DNA from: Tubiluchus corallicola
Lineage: Eukaryota > Animalia > Priapulida
DNA length: 64,000 bases
NCBI GenBank assembly: GCA_030141605.1
Contig: JAQGDQ010000308.1
Span: forward strand, 124,001-188,000
Direction of reading: 5' to 3'
Below the pieces are notes generated by a model. The model did no database searches and was not told the DNA's origin. It saw only the letters and a list, made by a program, of their open reading frames with translations. Positions within the stretch are counted from its first letter, which is position 1. The number at the start of each line of letters is the position of its first letter. Below are positions 47,579 through 60,489 of this stretch, in pieces. The translations under genes were made by a program, and so were the position numbers.

Positions 47579-50171
47579 TTATTGAATTGCACCAGCTTCC
47601 CTAAGCATTAAAGATAACTTTCCACTGCTGTCAAGAGCGGCTGTTTCCTGGCCTCCTCCAATGCAATTTCCGTTAATAAAGACGCGAGGCACCTGAAAAA
47701 GTTTATTAGTAAATACAACAAAGCTATCAGTAGATCGCAAAACTCAAGCGAACAAACTTACAGCATGCATGTGAAATTATACTAATACTAGATACTTGCA
47801 CATGAGGCTACATATGTAATACAAAATCATGTGGCTTGTAGGAAGCACAGGATACAGGTGGGAGGTATACATGTACATTAGCTATGGACTAGTTTGATCC
47901 CGAAATCCAGATATTTGTCATGCTACCACAGGCACTAGAAAGCACTTGAAAATAAATATTTTAGGTTGTTTTGCACTGACTGATGCTCTAGTTTATCCTT
48001 TGAAGCTGTATTGTGATGCCAAAAAAAGATTACTGGCATTGCCAAAATCCATAATGGCTGTTTTGATGACTGTTTCCATGATCTGTGTAACATGAAGAGG
48101 TTTAGCTGATTGCCCTGCAATAGGGTTAAGGAAAAACCTTTCTTGCGAATAGAAACGTACACTTTTGCTACTCACGAATAAGCAGGAAGAAAAGTCTGTT
48201 GAAATGATTTAGTGAATAGCTGTGAGAGTGACTGAGCGAGAGTGAATAAAATAGTATTGCAGCTGAGCAAGTTCTACTGGGTGTGCTTGAACAGTGTTGT
48301 AGAGTTTAAAGGCTAAGCTCAACCCGTTCAACAGAAAAAAAAACAAATCTCATTCTCGAGGTAACAGGTGGCTTGAATCATGCAAAAATGAACAATACTA
48401 TGCAATATGTATGTACTAGTTGATATATAGCTCAATATATATGTGAAATAAATGAAACATTATTATATATAATTGATAATAAGCAGCCACAGATACATAA
48501 ATAAGTACACCTGAAAAAAATATGAGTTCAAATTAGGCAGGCCCGTTAGGCTGACAGAATGTAATTAACACTCTCTTTGGTCAAATCAGTAATCATTACT
48601 ACTACTCATATTCTTACATTAATTAGAAAGGACAATTTTCCACTGCCATAGTTGGGATACTAGCACATACTACATATACAAAAATTTAGCTTTGGAGTTA
48701 AATGTTGTGGGGTACTGGAAGTTTAAATATAATTATAATATAAATTAATAAATATTGGCTTGGCAATGGGCACATTCTCATTTAGTTTCATCACAATTTT
48801 ATAGGAGCACGCACCACCATGCAGCATGCTTGTGAAAAGAAAATAACAGTAAATGGAAACAGTACACACTGTGTGAAACTTGAAAAGTTTCAACCTTCAA
48901 ATGCATTTTTACATTCTTTCATTATTTTGTCTATCTGGAAATAATGTGTGACCAGTCAATTATGTCTTTCAAGATTAATGAAATTCCAAGCTCACTAAAC
49001 TGACAAAATTGTTTCACTTGGTTGCAATTGTAGCATAAAGTGTAATTTAAACCTGACTAATAATGCAAAATTATTGCCTTCCTTCCAGCTTTCCTCCTAT
49101 CCATCATCAATCCCCTTTTTTCTCTCACCCTCTCTAAAAATCCAGCCAGCTACCCTTAATTGCAAAGTTTTACTAATTCTTAGAAGCTAGGCTTACACAT
49201 GAATGTTTCCTAAAACTAACTCGAGGGTATGTATTGTACATAAAAGCAAGAATAACTAGTTTTGCAACACATCTAGCAGGTAGGCATTATGTACTGTAAT
49301 AAATAAGTAAACACCTGGCAAGTAAATGGGAAATAGGCCTTATTAAGGACTACTGCATTTAATGAGAAACTGTAAGCATACAGAATATTCACAGCTAAAT
49401 GCAGGTATAATGAGTCTATGTGACAGTTCAGTTGACATTCGGCCTAAAGCAATGGTAATTTAACCTTAGTACTGAAAGCAGGAAGTGAGAAACAGGTTTT
49501 AAAAATGGTTGAGCTGCGTAATTTGGAAAGAAGTAGACATTCATGAGTTTGAATGTAATCATCAGAAATTACTAACTAAAGTACGCATATTAACTATATA
49601 CACTATAGCTACAATAGTTAATGGATATTAAAACATGAAATGAGATTCCAGTGAAAATATACAGTAGGTAGTCATTTAATGACAGTAATGCATTCCAGCA
49701 CAAGTGGCGTATCAAGTGAAACACTGTTAAATAAATAAAGCCTTGCCTTCAACAACATAAATGGATGTGACACGTTCCAGTCAATGCTTAGGTCATATAT
49801 TTATAAAATCAAACAAGGCCGAGAAATTTTGGGAAATAGTTAAGTGAAGATTAACTATATATTTACACTATATACGTACTTTGAAAACCTTGTTATATAA
49901 AAATTAGCATAGAAGTGTTATACATTGTTGTCTGTATAGTAATGTATGTTGTACATACTGATGATGCGCCTGTCAGTTCTCTCATGTAATCTTGGATTTC
50001 ACTGGCGTCATCTCTCTCATCTATCTCAACAACTTCATAAACATCATTTCCCAAGCCAAACTGTGCTAGGACCTTCTTAGCAATTTTACAGAAGCCACAC
50101 CATGTCTTGGAGAAAACCACGACTTTCTTTTGCTGTATTTTTGCTATAGCAAATTCCCTTCCTTTCAACAT
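47579..50171 (-). CDS. GLRX: Dithiol glutaredoxin (108 aa from ATG 50171; possible N-terminal extension from exon 51283-51334)
   Basis: Exon 49959-50171 encodes MLKGREFAIAKIQQKKVVVFSKTWCGFCKIAK...EIQDYMRELTGASS with donor |gtatgt. Exon 47579-47692 encodes VPRVFINGNCIGGGQETAALDSSGKLSLMLREAGAIQ*. CxxC, SVP (cis-Pro) and GG motifs are present. Confidence 0.92.
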
Positions 50172-53100
50172 TTTCTGAACTTTCTGAAAATCAGAAATTG
50201 ATACCAGACCAGTCAATTCTACAAAAAAACTATAACTTCTTATATGCTGTAGGTTTCATAAACATACTGCAAGACCCCAAAACTGATATGGCCACAGCCA
50301 CAAGTTATTGTGCAAACATAACATAGAACCTAACTTGCACTTCCAAAAGAACGTATTTAAAATTATGCATACAGTACATTTACACACTGTATATTTACAT
50401 AAACAAAATGTAATAGCAGATATTTTGAAAATTATTATGTCTGCAGGTTATGACAAAACATCAGTTGTCTTTGAACAAACACTGAAATAAGAAATAGTGT
50501 GATTAATATACATTGTGGAATCATTGAGTGTACGTTTAGCATTATAATTGATAGTTATAAATGACAACTGTGTTAAAATTAAAAATTTGCACAGATTTTC
50601 AATAAGTTTATTTTTCGCAGCAATTAGCACTTCATTGAGACAATGTACTACCCTGTACTATTCTGTATATTAACGCTCCTCTCAGTATATGGTTTTATAA
50701 CACCAACACTCTGCATAGTACAGTTTTACATGGATAGTAACAGTAACAAGAGGACATTACAATTGCACATATTTTGTGTATATTTCATAAAAAAGTGCTA
50801 TGTGGACTTATTTGTTTGTACGGCCATCCCTGGCCCTGCTCCCAGTTGTCAGTGTCAGTGGGCCAAAGTAACTGTAGAGTGAATTCTTCATACATTACCT
50901 TACCTTAGGTTATTTTCGCAAAATAATGTAACTTATATATATATGCAAAGTTACGTGTTAAATATCAGATCCTCAGTTGAGGCCTTGTTTTATACACCAA
51001 CTCTTTCGAAGCTCATTGCTCATCCAGTCTATTTTTAAATGTGTTTATAATAGGTACCTATAGGTACCACTTCATTTAGCTTAATTTACTCGCTATATAA
51101 CCAATGCGTCTTAGATGTCCCACGTTAAACAATTAAATTCTTAGCAACTTCTACCGTAGGATACACATTAGGACTAATAATGGTGTCATACGTTTGATGT
51201 AGGGTTTTGTAGGTTAGATCATAATTGTCTCATCCATATCAACAGTCGTCTATAAGCCAGTGCTTGTATAACAATAAATTACCTTGTTCAAGTTTAGCAA
51301 TATCAAGCTTGATTTTCGCAGTGCCGGTCGTCATTCTCAGAGTAAACAGCAAAATCTAATAATAATGCGTGCTGGTCAGGCACCATGAAGGGTCTATTAT
51401 AGCGGGTGCCGAAATACACGCTTTCACCTCAAACAATACGGCAACAAAAAGTGACTGCTAATATTTTGTAAGGGCAGAAATTTCCGTGGGTATATGACTA
51501 TAATATGATTGTGGCAATAATGTGACTTACATGATTGTAAGTTTTCCAATAACGAGCTTTCGCAGACTTGTTCAGTTTCCCTTCTCTTGCAGAGTTATCA
51601 AACTATTTTAGCTTCTACTTTTAGTTTTATACTTTTATCAGGGCTCTGCTTTTATAGTACACCTTAACTGTCACCAAATAAACAGATAGTGCTTCATTAA
51701 CTTCAGCCCTTAATCCACGGTTACGAGTCACACATCCACTGCACTGGGACTCACGTTAAACCTTTGAACCGAAACAACTGAAGTGTACTGTAATCATGTG
51801 AGTGTACGCGTTGACCAGGAGCGGCGTGGGGACTACTAGGGGGTCTAGTAATAAGAGTCGCAGACCCGGTATTTCAAATGGCAACGACGCAGTACGCGAA
51901 AAAATGGTTTCGCAACTCCGCATACTGCGTGGGGCATAGCAGAGAAACGCGGATCCAGCATTTTCAAGTCCGCAACTCCGCAGAAGGATGGTTCCGCGCT
52001 CCTCACACCGCGGACGTATGAAATCATCAGATCCTCACCGCTGTAGTAATAAATCATTGTCAGGTGCTAAACTTTAAATGTATGTGTCCTATCATGAAAC
52101 CAGGCCAGAGAGGCTTTAAGTAAACTAGCTGAAGTTTGGCCAGCACATTTTATAAATTTTTACTAGCACTACAAATTATTATTGGTGCAATGAAATTAAA
52201 AATGATAATGATAAGAAATTAAATTTCCGCAAATCCAAATTTTTCCGCAAATCTCTGTATATATTTTCTGCTGTTGTAGCTTCATTAGAAGGAAAATCAG
52301 ATATCAAGAGATGTCTAGAATACAGTGTACTATTTACTACGTAGTGCACTGTCAGTGAAGTATATAAGGGTCTGTCCACATGTCTGTTGTTACAGCTATG
52401 CCACCGTTCTGATCAATACAGGTTTTCAAAATGGAAATAAGCTTAGTTTTGCTCACTTTTGCAAATTCTGCAAGATCTTTTGTGATGGTGCTCCTAGCTG
52501 GCAATGCATCACTGTTTAAAAATGAATCATGTTTTGCTCCTTGGTCGATGCAAGTCTGCAGGAGCTCTCTCATGCCACTACCATTAAAAATACTTAATGG
52601 ACGCAAGTCCTTGGTTACTACTGACACACAAGACTCTCGAAGTTTTTTGAGCATTGGTTAAGTAACTTGAAGGACTGTGGTTTGAAGAATTTTGTTATGA
52701 TATTTTGCGATGCTACATTCAAGTTCTTGTCGCAGTACCGGAGGTGTTTTCATGGATGGCTTGTACCACTCTCATGAAGGTCATGATACAACATGTGACC
52801 ATTATTTTTGCAAGAAACAAAATTTACGTATGCGCCTGCATCATATACACTTTGGTAGTGTGCCCACACATCACTCTTACTTTTTGGATTTTCTTTAAGG
52901 GTCAGTTTCCCACTTTCAAGGCCTAGTTTTATATCTTTTTCGCTTAAATTTGCGATGTCTTCTACCTTCCGTTTGGCCATGGCAATAACTAACTGCTGAA
53001 CTACTCAGAACCAGGCTGTCTACTCTACTGTACACCTATTAAAATGTGACAAAAGATTACATTACTACAAGCTAGGCAATTCAATAAGTTGATTGCACAC

Positions 53101-53541
53101 TAACTAAAAGTAAATAAAGTTGTAGATATGTGTTATTATGAAAGTACGGCAATTGACTAAGCACTGTAAATGCGATATCTAGATCAATGATACAGCATAA
53201 AATCTACTCTACATTGCAAATGTAATAATTACGAAGTCGTGAATACAACTTTTTTAATCCATGGCTTGTGTTTGTTTAACTTAAAAATGTCACATAACAT
53301 CTGCATACTACATTATTTAAGCCTACAATAAAGTGGTGTGTTGCGTTTGCAAACGTTTGCAAAAATAACTCTGCACGTTTATTTTTTTCAAGTGTATTTA
53401 GCCTTACTTACTAAAAAGTGTTAGATGGGTACACACACACAGTATAAACAGTATAAAGTCTCACAGTATAAAATAATTCCTTTATCAAATTTTAGTTATA
53501 TCAAGACATTCCAATCAGCCGATTAATGTACGGTAATACTG

Positions 53542-53984
53542 ATCATCATCATCATCCAATGAATCACACGTCCAATGCCATGATTCTGCTCACCTCCCTA
53601 TGGCAGGACTCCCTGCTCGCCGCAATGCCCCAAGTAGATTTATTTCTAAGGATCAATGCTGAAGTGTTTAAATCTTTCTGTGCAAAATCTAAATATGTTA
53701 ACATTTGTCCTCCTGCAGGTTTTTAGCTGGTTCTATGGCTTGTTGAAGAGCTATCTTCTCTGGAATATCATCAGGTAGTCTAAGCATATGCCCAATCCAT
53801 CTCAAACGGCATCTTTTTATTTTTCTTGTCCAAGGTTCTTCTTTTATTTTTTCACATAGATCTTTCTATATCTATTCTATTTTTCTATTTTTGTTTGAAA
53901 TTTCCTTTGGCCACCTAATACCCAAAATGTTTCTGTAATTTCGCCTCTGAAACTCATCAATTTCAGCTTTATGATTTGTAATAC
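53542..53984 (-). mobile_element. 5'-truncated RTE-clade LINE nested in the hAT remnant
   Basis: Minus-strand IDEFQRRNYRNILGIRWP...KIKEEPWTRKIKRCRLRWIGHMLRLPDDIP (the RTE RRLRW.GH..R motif), ending in a (GAT)n tail at 53542-53556. Confidence 0.8.
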
Positions 53985-54081
53985 TCATCATCATATGCCT
54001 GTCACGTCTATTGTAGACATTGGGCAGGCAGTCATCATCATCATACGCCCATCATGTCTATTGTAGACATTGGGCAGGCAG
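53985..54081 (-). repeat. Two tandem ~47-50-bp LINE-like 3' ends with (GAT)n tails
   Basis: Unit CTGCCTGCCCAATGTCTACAATAGAC...ATGATGATGA occurs twice, each with the hairpin GTCTA-CAA-TAGAC. Confidence 0.7.
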
Positions 54082-54714
54082 AATTCTAAAATAAAAGAAA
54101 TCTGCCTTCAGACAGGTAAACGCAGCAGTAATCCAGCAAACAAATTTTCAAGTCTTTACCCAAATTCAGTTCGTTAAGCATTCCATTGCGCACTAAGTGG
54201 TTTGTAGCCACATTAAACGTCGTTTTCATCACTACTTTAATTTAAGATGTTCTCATCACCTTTTGCTTTTTGCTGCCTCCCGATATATATTTAACCTGGA
54301 AATTCCTAGATGTAAAACATCGCTTATAATTACAAATGCATAATTATTATAATTTTTTACTCGAGCCTATTATGGTTTATGGTGCGGTGTAATTAGTAAT
54401 TTATTATTGATTCGTGATTATAACTTCTAGCCTCATCCAAAAAACGGTTATTGGCACACATAGAAAGCCTACAATTTTGCGGACGCCGATATTCAATTTT
54501 TACTCAGTCCTCGGTTTTAAGGATGCGGATATGTACTGTTGCGGATTTTGTGCTTGCGGATTAATGAGAAAGTGATAACCAACCGGATTTTTCAAGAAGA
54601 CCCCGCTGAACAGTACCAAAAATTAAAAAAATTTAATTATAATAAAGCCTAGTGAAATTATAGTCTTTCTATGTATTTGAAATCATTGATAGATAGCCAG
54701 GTTTAAATGTCTTT

Positions 54715-54715
<1 letters not shown>

Positions 54716-54763
<48 letters not shown>
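54716..54763 (+). repeat. (TAA)n microsatellite
   Basis: About 16 perfect TAA units. Confidence 0.95.
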
Positions 54764-54764
<1 letters not shown>

Positions 54765-55397
54765 GACAATGATAATGGTAATAGTAATAACAACAACAAG
54801 ATTGAATTCAGTTCAATTTATTTATTAACTCCGCAAGAATTATCGAAATACAGTATCAGGAATACATGCAATATGTATGAAGTAAAGGAGAAGGGCAGCA
54901 AAGAACCCGTAGGTTATCTAGTCAGCTACCCTTAAACAGCTAGGAAAATAAAATTAATTTTGGCACTGTTCTCAATTTAAATTTATATTCGTTGATGTGG
55001 TTGATGTGTGTAATTGGAAATGATGAGAAACGCAATGCTGTAGAACTTAATAAAAATAATTTAAATAACCAAGAATTTACAATTCTAAACTACTATGAAT
55101 CATGCGAAGTAAGCAAATATAGAAATAAAATAAAAAAAATAAAAAAAACAATAATAATAATGCTTACTAGTAGCACTGTGCTCATAATTACATTATGTTC
55201 ATCAGTGTAGGCTCCATTGCAATTTTTGTGTTCTTCTATCACGTCTTTTACTGTCATAATTATTTTTGCATTTCACTCTGTCTGTTCTCTTTTTGAGCTG
55301 GTTCGATCGAATGTACGAGCTCTTCGATTCGAATGAGTTAGTTTGAACTACAGATTGAAAATTACCACACTGATGTTACAGACGTTTGTAAACATAC

Positions 55398-55400
<3 letters not shown>

Positions 55401-55466
<66 letters not shown>

Positions 55467-55510
55467 CGTGCGCGTGTGCGTGTGTGTGTGAACGTGTGTG
55501 TGTGTGTGTG
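55401..55510 (+). repeat. (TG)n microsatellite
   Basis: Long TG run with TGCG interruptions. Confidence 0.97.
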
Positions 55511-55705
55511 AACACTAAAAAATTGAGATCATTTCCTTAAATTAATCCAATGATGTATCTTTTAAATCAATGAATTTGGGAAAAAGTTTGTCACTGTCAA
55601 AATTTACAATACGTGTTCTATGTGTCTGCCATTTTCACTGCAAACTTGACAAAGGCATTTTTCCAACAGCTCATACAGTTTCTCACTTCCTTAATGGGAA
55701 TTTGG

Positions 55706-56094
55706 TAGGGGTGAGCATTCTCTACCAGAAAGTGAATTCGAATCGAACCGAACTTCGGTGTTTCGAACTCGAACTGAATACGAATTGAGATCGAAATATT
55801 TTCGAACAAGTTTTCGAACCACCAGCAAAAATTAGTCTTGCAAAGATCGTGCATATCACTAGATTTTGTTCTGCAATAAAACGATTAGTAATTTGTTTAA
55901 AATTGTGTGCAGAAATCACAGCTAAATTATGCTAATTGCATGATGTTTCAGTCGTTTTAGTGATAAAGAACATGTGTGATTGAAGTGCTAAGTTATTCGA
56001 ATCTATAGTTTGGATTCGAATCGAGTTCGAGCTAAAAAAATTCGTTCGAATCGAATTCGAGCATTTGAACTCGAATGTTCGATGCTCACCCCTA
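55706..56094 (+). mobile_element. MITE, TAGGGGTGAGCAT family (hAT-like)
   Basis: Perfect 13-bp TIR TAGGGGTGAGCAT / ATGCTCACCCCTA with dense TTCGAA/TCGAAT subterminal motifs. The 8-bp flanks GAATTTGG / GTATATGG match at 6 of 8 (possible old TSD). Confidence 0.85.
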
Positions 56095-56699
56095 GTATAT
56101 GGACCCAGCATTCAACAATTTTTGCCTTTAGTTCATTTTCATAAAGCGGCCTTGTGTGGCCATTGTTCTCTTTCTCTTTAGGGGAAAATGCTGCAATCCA
56201 GAGAATTAATTACCATTTTTTGCAACAAATTTTTGTCAGTGCTTTATTTTACGTGGTAAATACGTCTTCAGTGTTTTTCTGCTATGTGTTGAATGCTTTA
56301 TATATCAATGCACGGTTTTTCAGTTGGTTATTAAAGCTGATATTGTTCCTACATTTGACTTCTTAACATGCAAAAGTCTTCTTAGCTAGAACTTAAAAAA
56401 CCACTAAAACTATAAACTTGTAACTTTCCAGCCAAAAGCTAATACAATCATTGCTTCTAATATTGCTCTAGTCTAAATTACTTCAGTAAATTTTTCTGTA
56501 CCACCTAATACATAATTATCAGTTTTGATGTGTTTGAAACTAACAATCAATATTTTCATGATTTGCAGTTGGCTTGAGATAATTGCGAAAAATTTGCTGA
56601 AATGTCAGTATTTGATAATAAAAAATGTCACTAATTTGGATGCTGGTTGATGGGTTTTTATTGAACAGTCAATTTTTGTTTGGGCCAATGTATAAAATA

Positions 56700-56890
56700 A
56701 TGACATAGACATAGGCATTTAGACATAGACATTTTTATTTAACTCCTCATTTACACCTGTATACAAATTGACTATTATTTTTTTAGTTATTGATTAAAAA
56801 GGATAAATTAAGCATAACGGAAAGAGTTAAGGGGGTGCAGGAGAAAGGGTAGCGAAAGACCAATTAGTCATCGAGTCAGCTACCCTAGAA
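56700..56890 (-). mobile_element. L2/CR1-type 3' tail fragment
   Basis: Minus-strand hairpin AGGGTAGC...GCTACCCT, then AATAAA and a (CTATGT)-like tail. Related ends lie near 54800-54940 (-) and 21655-21785 (+). Confidence 0.45.
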
Positions 56891-58024
56891 TGACTCTAGA
56901 AGCAAATGATAAGAGTAATTTAAACTGCTAATTAAGTGACTTATCATTCTCTTTAACAGGCGTTATTAATTTTTGTTTTTAGCCTTTATATCTTAGTCTT
57001 TAATGGTCTGGTCTGTTTGTGTACCGTAAATGCGTTTTTGCCATTGGCAATTGTCATTTTGTCATGGTACCGTAACCGTAATGCAGGATGGTGGAAAGAA
57101 ATTTCTATTGAATCACATCGCAAATGCGTGCTGTCACCTTTTTGCAAAATGTACAGTCTTGTTTTCGTTAGTTGGTCGTTTTGATAATAATTATGTATTA
57201 AAATAAGAGTATTTTCTGATCTTTAAAGTCTAAATTCGTCGGATTCGTTGATTAGACCGTTGATTGTCCGTAAGTGTTGTGTTGCTTTAAGGCATATTAT
57301 TGAGAAAAATTATTTAGTAACTCACTGGAATTGATGAAGCCACGGACACAGTAACTAACACTGTAACACTGAGAGTTCCGTCCAACTTAAATAGATAATG
57401 CATACTTTTTAATATGCTTAATCATAGTTGTCAAGTTACAGAAATATCATACGAACCACTTCCTAGGTGAACTATGTTCACACTTCACAGTGGTCATTTA
57501 GTCGTGGATGTAATAACTAATATAATAATTAATAATACTAGTAATCAACTAGTTAAGTAGTAATTTATTGCTTGCCTGCAAGCTTTTGTATAAATAATCA
57601 AATACTAAATGATTAGTTTGTATTAATGAATTTATAATAATGTGAACATTGAAAATGTGAAATAATTTTCAACACAAGCAAATCGCAAATGTTAAACACA
57701 CTTTACCACAACACTGGTGTACCTGGTAGCTCCACTTCCAGTGGGTTTTTGCATGCAGTGGGAGCACATATTTGTGTAAGCAGTAATGGAGCGACCCTCG
57801 CTGGCAATCAATCTCCAGTCGGTTGCCAATGGGCAGCTGTGATCGATTATTGACAAAAAAAGTTGGTATTGGTAATTACGATTACTGGGAACAGCGGTAT
57901 CACCTACGTTAACTATGTTCGTAATGATTGCAGGTTTTGTTTGGCAAATTAAGAAACATTCGAATCAAATTTTCACTATTTGAAATGTATTGAGTAGTTT
58001 GGTTTTATGATCGAATGGAATGAC

Positions 58025-58580
58025 AGAGGCGATCAGAAGGCAAATGAGTTAGACTTGGTATTTAGCAAAGAGGAAAATTATGTACAAAATACGACACATC
58101 TAGCTCCAATTGGCAAGAGTCATCACAGTGGTTTAAAGTTTCAAGTTAAACTATGTAAGGAAAATATGTTCTATTTACTCAACTAAGCACTTGTTTTACC
58201 GAGCAGGCTTCGTGCAGTTTCGTGCAGAACTGGAAGGAATAAACTGGGAAAATCTTTTTGCCAATTATCAAGTAGAAGAAGCATATAACATGTATATTAA
58301 AATCCAAGGTACTTGAAATAACAGACACATATATACCCTCTGCCAAATCTTGTAACAATTGGAAAATGAGAACAAAGGAATGGATAAATGGTAACAAAAG
58401 GATGATAAAGAAGAAAAAACTAGCTTATAATACATTTCTTCATTCATTTGAGACAAATTCAAGGGAAAGAATAAACAGGTCAGATTTGAACAATAAAATT
58501 TCACAATAATTAGAAACCAATGCAGTATGGAAAGTGAAACAACAGTACAAGCATTCCATTTTCCAAAATGTAAAAGTAAA
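58025..58580 (+). mobile_element. CR1-group LINE ORF2 fragment (APE endonuclease end and linker)
   Basis: RGDQKANELDLVFSKEENYVQNTTHLAPIGKSHHSGLKFQV (LDLVF...PLGKSDH motif), followed by RAELEGINWENLF; degraded. Confidence 0.75.
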
Positions 58581-59201
58581 TTACTTGCCCCACTCTCCCA
58601 TAAATATTCTTGACTCTGACCAATGAGAATGAGCATCACCTGCAATATGTCCTCACAGTTGAACTTGGCACCCTTGCAAAGTGACATCTAGATGCAAAGA
58701 TCAAAACATTTTGTTCTCAAGTCGTGAACTTAAGGTCTTGGGCCTATATAGTGCCGGCCATTTTGAAAATTGCCAGGAAAAGTGGTGTCTGAAGAAATTT
58801 GTGCATTTTTTATTATAATGGTTCAAAATGATACCAAGACTGCCAGATATTCATTTGTAGTAGTAAAATCCCAGGTTGTAGTTTTTAATGTACAATGTCA
58901 TACTGCACTAAACTGCATTATGTCTGACCAATTCTAAATTTAATAATTACCATTAATAATTACTGTGCACTTTACTATTTGCTCATTTTTTGTTACCAGT
59001 TTTCCTGAAACCAGCAAATTTTGCTATGTGTAATCTTATGCAATTGTGACAAAATACACAGTAATAGACAGGCATTGCAAGTGATAAATCCTATTGCAAA
59101 AACTTATACAGGGACAAATAGAAATTTTGTTCAAGCAAAATTGATTGCCTATTTTGAATCTCATTGGTTTTACTGAACATGTATGTAAGTTTACAACTGA
59201 A

Positions 59202-59725
59202 CAGTGGCGGCTGGTGTATAGGTACTGTGGTACTGCAGCGCCCCCTGTTTTCACTCATTATTATCGATAATATTCAATATAATAATCTTTTTTCTTTAGT
59301 TCTTTCTTCATATAGTACTTGTGTGGAACTGGAACACGTGAGGGAAGTACAATTTGCTTCACAGCTCAAGCTACATGGTGTTTGGCTGCTGTGCGCATGC
59401 GGCCATGCGCACATGTCTGAGATAAGATGCTGTACTTTAGGTAGAAAGAGTACTGTCGCTCATGTGTTGTCAGTTGTCGTGTGCTTAAAAGCCGTGTATC
59501 GGCATATTCTTGAACTGCGACAATTTAGGCTATTTGTAGGAAAACAATATTTTTGTTTAGGAGTTTATCAAGGTTATGTTTAAATTAGTTTGTTTGTTTA
59601 AAATTACAATTGTAAACAACATTATAATTACATATGTTTCTTTCGTTTTACACAGAATTAAAACAGTGGCTAAAAATTTTTAATTTTGCAGCACCCCCAC
59701 TATTTTTAGCTACGAGCCGCCACTG
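59202..59725 (-). mobile_element. hAT-type MITE, CAGTGGCGGC family (524 bp), inverted relative to 26498-27031
   Basis: TIRs CAGTGGCGGCT / AGCCGCCACTG; TSD CAACTGAA (59194-59201) / CGACTGAA (59726-59733). The internal sequence is reverse-colinear with the 26498 copy. Confidence 0.9.
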
Positions 59726-60489
59726 CGACTGAACATGTGCACGCAATTTAATATGAAACATTTAATAATTTTTAGTTTATCGAAGTCACATAAAAATACT
59801 TTCGTAGAATTTGAATATACTGCAAAATACTTCATAATTTGATGCTTGACAGTACTTTACATCTTCTATGAAGTCGCACATAGTACATTATTTATACACT
59901 TTTCTTGTTAATGTGTGCTTGTCTATTATTCATACACTTTTATTGTTAATACGTGCTTGTCCATCTATCTAGTAGTCACATACATATGATTAGCCATGTA
60001 TACTTATAGAGCATCTTGGTTGTAGAGGACTTTTTTCTGTGTCCCTAGCAGGTTCGTGATAATGATGTCATACTATACTCATATCAAGCCATAGGAGCAA
60101 ACATAAGAGTGTTGCAAAAGAAATTTAAAGTGAACCGTAGGGAGACTAGATTTTCAAGTTAATTTTTTTCCTTATTTTGTTGCATTTCTTTTGACATCTG
60201 TCATCCTTGTACTATTACATCTACCTGGTTACAGTCATTGTTGCTCTTTCCAAACTCACTGTTGCAAAAATATTACAGCTAATTTGAATGCAGTTTATTA
60301 AAAGTCTTTGTTATACGTTTGTTAAAGCTTCATTAGGTCATTAGATAAAATTCCTCTTAACATTTTGTAATTATGTGGAAGTTTGTAGTTACGTCTACAT
60401 GGTGCTAGCGGTTTTTGCCAGATTTTCATTTTTCACTTAAAGTTTTTTATCTATTGTAATAGTCATAATAATGGGTTTCTATTTTCAGA

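Larger units (their letters stand above)
51852..54590 (-). mobile_element. Internally deleted hAT (Hermes/hobo-like) transposon
   Basis: Frameshifted transposase at 52352-52980: BED-finger-like KSDVWAHY...FVSC...SGTSH, then KDLRPLSIFNGSGMRELLQ, LPARSTIT and TTDMWTD (first catalytic Asp). CCGCA motifs cluster at 51860-52250 and inverse TGCGGA motifs at 54478-54560. Exact termini are uncertain. Confidence 0.8.

Noticed and set aside
53542-53984. This RTE fragment as the partner LINE of the 5S SINE
   Set aside because: Its 3' end and (GAT)n tail share no visible similarity with the SINE tail.
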